Positions 57,712-64,000 of a DNA stretch of 64,000 nucleotides are shown here, in pieces. The stretch comes from Thermoplasmatota archaeon (lineage in GTDB: Archaea > Thermoplasmatota > E2 > JACPAO01 > JAHFTW01). Both the position numbers and the translations under genes were made by a program. Position 1 is the first letter of the stretch, and each line of letters begins with the position of its first letter. The DNA lies in assembly GCA_041601615.1 (NCBI GenBank), contig JBFIHX010000003.1:224001-288000 (forward strand). The letters are read 5' to 3'. The notes beneath the pieces are model-generated. The model had not been told where the DNA came from, did not search any database, and saw nothing but the letters and a program-made list of their open reading frames with translations.

Positions 57712-59031
57712 CTACGCAAGGAGGGCTTTGGTGGTGAGGGCGAATTGGTTGCGCAGACCACCACTTTCCTCGGTCAATACGTTGTAGACCGTGGCCACGC
57801 GGCCGTCGGGCATGCGCTGGAGCGCAAAATAATCGAGGAATTCACGGCCACCCGTGCAGGTGGTGCCGCTGATGCAAATCGGTCCATCCTTGATGATGGC
57901 ACCGCCTGCTAGGTTGCCTCGGCTCCAGGTGCCGTTCCATATGTCGCTTGTCCAGGCAAGATTGACGGTCCAGTTGTGGGTGTTGTCGGGGAGGCCAGGT
58001 TGCTCGCTCTCGTAGTAGGCAATGGCGACTTTGCCGTCGGCGCCGGCGGCGATGGCGGGAAACACCTTGCTGTGGTTGTTGTCGGCCGCATCGACGCGAA
58101 TCTTGTCGGTCCAGGTGCGTCCGTCGTCGCGGCTGCCTGCGACAAAGATTTCGACCGTACCGTTGATGGCTTCGCCCCAGGTGAGGTAGACGTTTCCGGC
58201 GTCGTCGGCGGCTCCCATGACGAGACTGAGGCCGAGGCCAGCGCCGTCGAAGGCAGGCCCGACGCCTTCCTCCCAAAGCATCCCGTCACGGGTGACCGAA
58301 AAGGCAGGGTATTCGTCGGCGAGGTTGGTCTCGGCGGCGGCCTCGGCCACGGCGTCGGCAAGGCCGGGGCTGCGGGTGTAGGTCAGGAAGACGCTGCCGG
58401 TCGTGGGGTTCCAGAATCCGCCGCCGCCCCAGGAGCTGCCGTCGGTGACCAGCAAATGGCCGTCGGGGGTCTCGGCGGGGCCGGTGGGAAGCCACGTGAC
58501 ACCGCAGTCGGTGGTCTTCATCACCGTCTGGTAGAACGTGGGGACTTGGTGCCAGTAGAGGTATGCGGTGCAGTCCTTGGTCGGCACAACGTATTGGCGG
58601 TCGCCCACGGGGCCGTTGCAAACCACGGGGTTGTTGGTCCACGTGGCACCCCCGTCCTGGGACACGGACACCGCATTGCAAGCCAGTGCGTAGAGGCGGC
58701 TTTCCCACACGACGCCGTCTGCGTCCACTGCAAGGTCTGGGTCGTTGTTGGGAATCAACGGAAACGGATTGCCAAGGTTCTGCCATGTCGAGCCGTTGTC
58801 GTCGCTGCGGTAGACCTCGCTGAAGATGTTCGTAAACAACACGCCGTCAGGAGTCACGCCCATGCTGGACTCGCCGCCGCCCCGGGTCTCCGAGATGCGC
58901 GTGATGGTGGACAAAAACGGAGCCGCAAAGGGGTCTGGGGCTCCCGGATTGGCCACGGGGTCATCCGAACCGCCGTCGAGGCAGCCGGCGAGGGCGGGGA
59001 GGGTCAGGAGGATGGCCAGGAGGGGGCGCAT
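57712..59031 (-). CDS. Lipoprotein with BNR/Asp-box repeats (sialidase-like propeller)
   Basis: LAGC lipobox; SDDNGSTW, SQDGGATW, TTDCGVTW and SRDDGRTW repeats. Confidence 0.85.
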   Translation of the reverse strand: MRPLLAILLTLPALAGCLDGGSDDPVANPGAPDPFAAPFLSTITRISETRGGGESSMGVTPDGVLFTNIFSEVYRSDDNGSTWQNLGNPFPLIPNNDPDLAVDADGVVWESRLYALACNAVSVSQDGGATWTNNPVVCNGPVGDRQYVVPTKDCTAYLYWHQVPTFYQTVMKTTDCGVTWLPTGPAETPDGHLLVTDGSSWGGGGFWNPTTGSVFLTYTRSPGLADAVAEAAAETNLADEYPAFSVTRDGMLWEEGVGPAFDGAGLGLSLVMGAADDAGNVYLTWGEAINGTVEIFVAGSRDDGRTWTDKIRVDAADNNHSKVFPAIAAGADGKVAIAYYESEQPGLPDNTHNWTVNLAWTSDIWNGTWSRGNLAGGAIIKDGPICISGTTCTGGREFLDYFALQRMPDGRVATVYNVLTEESGGLRNQFALTTKALLA

Positions 59032-59086
59032 GGGCCCCGTCGCGCGGTGGAGTGGGATAAGAGTTACCGACACTGGCTCGCGTCGG

Positions 59087-59854
59087 TTAGCCGCGGAGGC
59101 GTCGACTCGTCCCAAACCGCCACACCACCGCCACATACAACCCCACCACAAACAGCGCAAGCCCTGCCAGACTCGGCCCAACGGGAAGATCGTGCACCCC
59201 AAGCAGCCCGGCTCGCTGTGCATCGACGATGTACAGGATGGGGTTCCACTTGCTTGCTGCCGCGAGGTTGGAGGGCAGTTCGGAGACGGGGTAGAACACG
59301 CCGCCAAGGAAGGTCAACGGGGTCAATAGGAATGTCTGCGGCACGAAGACGTGGTCCCAGCGGCTCGCGGCAAGGCCCGTGAGGATTCCGAGCAACGCAA
59401 ACGCGAGGCAGCCGCCTACCAGAACCGCGATGGTCAGCGGCCAGTGGATGTTCCAGCCTTCGGCGACAGGAGCGGCGACGAGAATGGTCAAGACACCGAT
59501 GAGGACGCCTCGGAAGGCGCCGCTGGCGGCGTAGGCGAGTGCAATCTGCCAGTCGCGAAGCGGCGAGGTGAGCACGTCGTCGATGTAGCCGGCGCGCCGA
59601 GCATCGAAGAGGCTGCTGCCGGTGTTGCTGAAGGCGTTGGTGAGTGCGCCTTGGGCGACCAGGCCGGGAATCAGGAAGGTGAGGTAGGGAACATCGCCGA
59701 AGCTGCCGATGCGGCCGCCGAGTGCGTGGCCGAAGACGAACAAGAACAGAGCGGCGCTGACGACGGGGGGTACGATGGTTTGCACCCAGACGTTCATGAA
59801 GCGGGCAATCTCGCGGCGGGTGAGCATGTAGGTGCCGTAGAGTTCGCTGTTCAT
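59087..59854 (-). CDS. ABC-2 type exporter permease
   Basis: REIARF...QTIVPP, FLIPGL, PLTFLGGVFYP and NPILY motifs. Confidence 0.92.
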   Translation of the reverse strand: MNSELYGTYMLTRREIARFMNVWVQTIVPPVVSAALFLFVFGHALGGRIGSFGDVPYLTFLIPGLVAQGALTNAFSNTGSSLFDARRAGYIDDVLTSPLRDWQIALAYAASGAFRGVLIGVLTILVAAPVAEGWNIHWPLTIAVLVGGCLAFALLGILTGLAASRWDHVFVPQTFLLTPLTFLGGVFYPVSELPSNLAAASKWNPILYIVDAQRAGLLGVHDLPVGPSLAGLALFVVGLYVAVVWRFGTSRRLRG

Positions 59855-60792
59855 GGCGCGGCCTCCTTGCGTTTGGTGAGTTGCACGAAGACGTCTTCGA
59901 GGCGGCTCTGGCTCACTTCGAGGTCCACCACGTCCACCTGGTGCTCTTCGAGTCGGCGCAGCAGGCTTCGCATGGCTTTGGTGGGGTCCGTGGATTCCAG
60001 GACGTATCGGCCGCGGCCATCGACTGCGAATCCGTACACGGCGGGGTCCACTTGCGGGTGGAGGTTTTCGGGAGTGACGACGACGCGGCGCACGCCGTAT
60101 TTGGCGCGCAGATGGTCGGGGGCTCCGGATTCCACGACGCGTCCCTTGTCCATGACGGTGACGGTGCCGCAGAGCGCCTCGGCCTCTTCCAGGTAGTGCG
60201 TGGTGAGAAGGACGGTCATGCCTTCTTCCTCGTTGAGGCGGCGCACGTGTTCCCAGAGGTTGCGGCGCAGTTCCACGTCGACGCCGGCGGTGGGCTCGTC
60301 GAGCACCAGGAGCTTCGGGTCGTGCATCAGGGCTCGAGCCAGGAGCAGGCGTCGCTTCATGCCGCCGCTGAGGGTGCTGCTGCGCTTTTGCCGATAATCG
60401 TAGAGGTCGAAGAATTTCAGGAGGTGGCGCGCGCGGTCGATCGCCTTGGCATAGGGCATGCCGAAGTAGCCGGCGTGGTAGGCGAGGATCCGTTCGAGAC
60501 CCAAGAAGTCGTCAAAGTTCGGCTCTTGCGGGCAGACACCGATGAGGCGGCGGGCGGCGGCGGGGTCGGTCCAGCAGTTCTTGCCGAACACCTCGACGGT
60601 GCCGCTGGTGGGGCGCACGAGGCCGGTGATGGTGCCGATGGTGGTGGTCTTGCCTGCGCCGTTGGGCCCAAGGAGGCCAAAGAACGCGCCTTCGTCCACG
60701 GTGAGGTCGAGTCCGTCCACGGCGGGCTTGCCGTCGTAGGATTTGACGAGGTTCCGGATGCGGATGGCGGGCGCGTCGGTGGTGCTAGGCAC
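59851..60792 (-). CDS. ABC exporter ATP-binding protein
   Basis: GPNGAGKTT, LSGGMKRR, LDEPT and TTHYLEEAE motifs. Confidence 0.95.
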   Translation of the reverse strand: MPSTTDAPAIRIRNLVKSYDGKPAVDGLDLTVDEGAFFGLLGPNGAGKTTTIGTITGLVRPTSGTVEVFGKNCWTDPAAARRLIGVCPQEPNFDDFLGLERILAYHAGYFGMPYAKAIDRARHLLKFFDLYDYRQKRSSTLSGGMKRRLLLARALMHDPKLLVLDEPTAGVDVELRRNLWEHVRRLNEEEGMTVLLTTHYLEEAEALCGTVTVMDKGRVVESGAPDHLRAKYGVRRVVVTPENLHPQVDPAVYGFAVDGRGRYVLESTDPTKAMRSLLRRLEEHQVDVVDLEVSQSRLEDVFVQLTKRKEAAP

Positions 60793-61150
60793 AGCTCAAC
60801 ACCCGCACCCGGTACCGCTCGTCGTCTAGCGTGACGATGAGTTCCTTTTCGTCGCCGGCCACGCCGTAGTGGTCCCACAGCGCCGCTTCTTGCTCCGGGG
60901 TCCACTTCAGGTGTTCGTGTGCGCCGGCTTCGAGGCTGCGCAGAATGCGGTCGAGGTCGGGCCACATCGCTGCGTCGGATTGGGTCCAGGCTACGGCGAC
61001 TGCGTCGGCGCTCGGTTCGCATTGGGTTTCTAGGCAGTGGCGGACTTCGAGCAGGGGTTCGCACTCGATGCAGCCGGAGGCGCCCACGAGAGCGAGCGCA
61101 AGGGTGAGAATGGCGAAGGTGGGAAGCAAGCGCACGGGCGGGGACCTCAC
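60785..61150 (-). CDS. Small lipoprotein
   Basis: ASGC lipobox; overlaps both neighbours in a likely operon. Confidence 0.6.
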   Translation of the reverse strand: MRSPPVRLLPTFAILTLALALVGASGCIECEPLLEVRHCLETQCEPSADAVAVAWTQSDAAMWPDLDRILRSLEAGAHEHLKWTPEQEAALWDHYGVAGDEKELIVTLDDERYRVRVLSCA

Positions 61151-62430
61151 CGGAAGCGGCGGTAGGTGTCGATGCCTCGGTAGGTGGCGGCGTCTCCGAG
61201 GCCTTCTTCGATGCGCAGAAGCTCGTTGTACTTGGCGACTCGGTCGCTGCGGGCGGGGGCGCCGGTTTTGATTTGGCCGGCGTTGGTGGCGACCGCGAGG
61301 TGCGCGATGATCGAGTCTTCGGTCTCGCCGCTGCGGTGGCTGACGACGTTGCTGAATCCGGCGTTCTCGGCCATGCGCATGACGTCGAGGGTTTCGGTCA
61401 GGGTGCCGATTTGGTTGACCTTGATGAGGATGGAGTTGGCTTCCTTGTCTTGGATGCCGGTGGCGAGGCGTTGTTGGTTGGTGACGAAGAGGTCGTCGCC
61501 GACGAGTTGGCAGCGGTCGCCGAGTTTCTTGGTTTGGTGGATCCAGCCGGCGTGGTCGTCTTCGCTCATACCGTCTTCGATGCTGATGATGGGGAAGCGG
61601 TCTGCGAGGTCTTCGTAGAAGGCGACGGTTTCTTCGCTGCTCTTTTTGCCGTCGACGCCGAAGTCGTATTCGCCCTTCTTAGGGTCGTAGAATTCGGTGG
61701 CGGCAACGTCGAGGGCGAGCAGGAGGTCGCTGCCCATTTCGTAGCCGGCGTTGCGGGCGGCTTTTTCGATGTAGGTCAGAGCGTCGACGTTGCTCGGGAG
61801 GTTGGGGGCGAAGCCGCCTTCGTCTCCTACGGCGGTGGCGAGTCCGTCGGCTTTGAGGGCCTTCTTGAGGTGGTGGTAGACCTCGACGCCCATGCGCATG
61901 GATTCTTGGAAGGTGTCGGCGCCGACGGGGGCGATCATGAATTCTTGGATGGACACGTTGTTGGCTGCGTGGGCGCCGCCGTTGAGGATGTTCATCAGGG
62001 GTACGGGGAGGACGCGACCGTTTTGGCCTCCGAGGTACATGTGGAGGGGCACTTGGAGCTCATCGGCGGCGGCGCGGGCGGTGGCGAGGCTCACGGCGAG
62101 TACGGCGTTGGCGCCGAGGTTGGCTTTGTTGGGGGAGTCGTCCAGTTCGAGCATCAAGTGGTCGATGCCGGTTTGGTCGAAGACGTCCATGCCTTGGACG
62201 GCGGCGGCGATTTGGTCGTTGACGTTGCGTACGGCGTCTTGGACGCCTTTGCCCATGTAGCGGGTGCCGCCGTCGCGTAGTTCGACGGCTTCGTGGGTGC
62301 CGGTGCTGGCGCCGCTGGGGACGATGGCGCGGCCCATGGCCCCGGTGTCGGTGACGACCTCCGCTTCTACCGTGGGGTTGCCTCGGCTGTCGAGCACTTC
62401 GCGAGCATGGACGGACAGGATGCCGGTCAC
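61147..62430 (-). CDS. eno: Enolase
   Basis: [31 protein letters not shown] and [11 protein letters not shown] motifs. Confidence 0.98.
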   Translation of the reverse strand: MTGILSVHAREVLDSRGNPTVEAEVVTDTGAMGRAIVPSGASTGTHEAVELRDGGTRYMGKGVQDAVRNVNDQIAAAVQGMDVFDQTGIDHLMLELDDSPNKANLGANAVLAVSLATARAAADELQVPLHMYLGGQNGRVLPVPLMNILNGGAHAANNVSIQEFMIAPVGADTFQESMRMGVEVYHHLKKALKADGLATAVGDEGGFAPNLPSNVDALTYIEKAARNAGYEMGSDLLLALDVAATEFYDPKKGEYDFGVDGKKSSEETVAFYEDLADRFPIISIEDGMSEDDHAGWIHQTKKLGDRCQLVGDDLFVTNQQRLATGIQDKEANSILIKVNQIGTLTETLDVMRMAENAGFSNVVSHRSGETEDSIIAHLAVATNAGQIKTGAPARSDRVAKYNELLRIEEGLGDAATYRGIDTYRRFR

Positions 62431-62495
62431 GAGGGGCGCGAGTGAGCGGTTCCATAAGACGGCGACGGCTCAAGCGGGCCGCGGCATGGGCTGTT

Positions 62496-63743
62496 TTAGT
62501 CGAAGCTGTGTGCGGTTTGGGCTTTCTCCTTAGCAACGCGCGTCACGCCCACGAACAGGGGCCGCACGAGGTGGATTTGGCGCACGGCAAGGGCCACCAG
62601 AAGCGGGGCGGCGGCTAGTGGCACGAAGGCGAACCACCAGCTTTGGGCATCGGGGATGATGTTGTTGTCGTAGCTGGGGCGCCATTGGTAGGCGGCAAGT
62701 AGCACGAATTGTACGGCGGCCCAGGCGACGAAGATGAGGCCGGCGGCGTGGGCGAGGACGAATGCTTTGGCGTCGCGGTTGGTGGCGCTGGTGATGACGC
62801 CTCCGAGGGTTGCGATGAAGCCGGCAAAGAAGGTGGTCCAGGCGGCGGCGGTGAGCACTTTGAGGCTGAAGCTTGCGTGGGCAAACAGGGGCACGCCGAC
62901 GGTGTCGCTGGTGGGGGCGATGGTGAGGATGCCGCCGTAGAGGCCGTTGGCGTCGCTGCCGAAGCCGTCGCCTTCGAGGTCCACTTGCAGAATGGCGAGG
63001 TTGGCGCCGGCGCTGGCGCCCCAGGCACTGTACCAGTCGAGGCGGCCTTCGCAGACGGCGCTTTGGTTGCATTCGTTGTTGTCGCGGCGTTCGTCGCCGT
63101 CGAGGATTTGGAAGCTCCAGGGAACCGCGAGCATGGCGACGAGGATGATGGCGGCGAGGGTGATGGTGCGGGTGTGTTGTTTGGCGGCGTCGCGTAGGCC
63201 GTCGCGGGTGCTGATGACGCCGGTTGCGACGCGAAGGAAGACTCGGAGCATGAACAGGGCGCCGCCGGCTATGAGCAGGGGGCTGATGATCCAGAGGCGG
63301 TCGGTTTCGTGGGGATTGCTGCTGAGCACCCCAAGCAAGGTGGTAAAGCCGGTGCCGATCCAGTAGGCGGTGCTTGCTAGTGCCATCCAGGCTCCGGTAG
63401 CACCCACGAGGGCGAGGCCCCAGCCGGTGTAGCGGGCTACGTTGACGCCCATGGGCATGAGGCCGAAGATGAGCAGGAGCGTGCCTGCTACGAGTGCGAT
63501 GAGGATGCCGCTGAAGGCTATGTCGGGGTTGGGGAGGTTGTAGCGGCTGCCGGTGTCGAAGTCGGCTGCGATGTCTGCGACGCTGACGGTGTCGTCGTCG
63601 AGGCCGGCGCGGTTTTGGTCGGCGGGGTGGTCGACGATGCCGAAGGGGACGGCGAACTGGATGACCAGGAGTACAAGGGCTGTCAAGAATGCTACAAGCG
63701 AGGGGGTTCCGTAATGTCCGATTTTCATGCGCGTGCGGTCCAC
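62496..63743 (-). CDS. Hypothetical polytopic membrane protein, apparently internally duplicated
   Basis: About 8 TM helices; each half starts with a TM ending AVPF / AVPW followed by a large loop. Confidence 0.7.
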   Translation of the reverse strand: MDRTRMKIGHYGTPSLVAFLTALVLLVIQFAVPFGIVDHPADQNRAGLDDDTVSVADIAADFDTGSRYNLPNPDIAFSGILIALVAGTLLLIFGLMPMGVNVARYTGWGLALVGATGAWMALASTAYWIGTGFTTLLGVLSSNPHETDRLWIISPLLIAGGALFMLRVFLRVATGVISTRDGLRDAAKQHTRTITLAAIILVAMLAVPWSFQILDGDERRDNNECNQSAVCEGRLDWYSAWGASAGANLAILQVDLEGDGFGSDANGLYGGILTIAPTSDTVGVPLFAHASFSLKVLTAAAWTTFFAGFIATLGGVITSATNRDAKAFVLAHAAGLIFVAWAAVQFVLLAAYQWRPSYDNNIIPDAQSWWFAFVPLAAAPLLVALAVRQIHLVRPLFVGVTRVAKEKAQTAHSFD

Positions 63744-64000
63744 CTAGGCGTCAAAGTCTGCCGCCTTCGTGGCGGGAGAAGCGGCTCCCATGAAAGACTT
63801 CAGGGTCGGTAGGTGTTGCCGTAGGAGCATCCACGCGGGCACGAGCACCAAAAGCGGGAAGAATCCGGGAAGGAAGGTGTGCTCGGTCGTTCCGTTGGGT
63901 GTAAACAGGACCCATGTGATGATGTAGAAGATGCAGGAGAGGGCCCAGAATAGGCCCACGGCCCAGATGCCGAGGTCTGCGGTGCGCAGGATCTTGGGGT
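63744..64000 (-). CDS. Membrane protein, 5' end outside window
   Basis: Open hydrophobic frame running to the window edge, abutting the next gene. Confidence 0.55.
   Translation of the reverse strand, partial: PKILRTADLGIWAVGLFWALSCIFYIITWVLFTPNGTTEHTFLPGFFPLLVLVPAWMLLRQHLPTLKSFMGAASPATKAADFDA

Overview
High-GC archaeal chromosomal segment, most consistent with Thermoplasmatota (L1-L10/P0-L12 operon, class I LysRS, thermosome, CDC48/VAT, Pth2, Tsr3, geranylgeranyl reductase, MptA, tRNA-Arg without encoded CCA). Housekeeping genes are interleaved with many secreted and lipoprotein genes (two trypsin-like proteases, a PKD/PPC subtilase, alpha/beta hydrolases, a BNR propeller, DUF4430 proteins) and a dispersed histidine-utilisation pathway (hutU, hutH, hutI, hutG). 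I saw no CRISPR array, rRNA, transposase or integrase. The best candidate for an undescribed system is a set of secreted cysteine-rich peptides: a four-core tandem precursor (37706-38494) and two six-Cys peptides (42599-43356), all inside the hut region. One of the peptides shares a 38-bp upstream element with the subtilase gene 15 kb away. Other notable signals are an L1 autoregulatory hairpin over the SD with an apparent AUA start, an in-frame TAG in a secreted protease gene, a duplicated thermosome 3' end, a MenA-like fusion and a structured intergenic element after cdc48. Family assignments come from motif recognition by eye, not database searches, and several start codons were moved from the ORF track.
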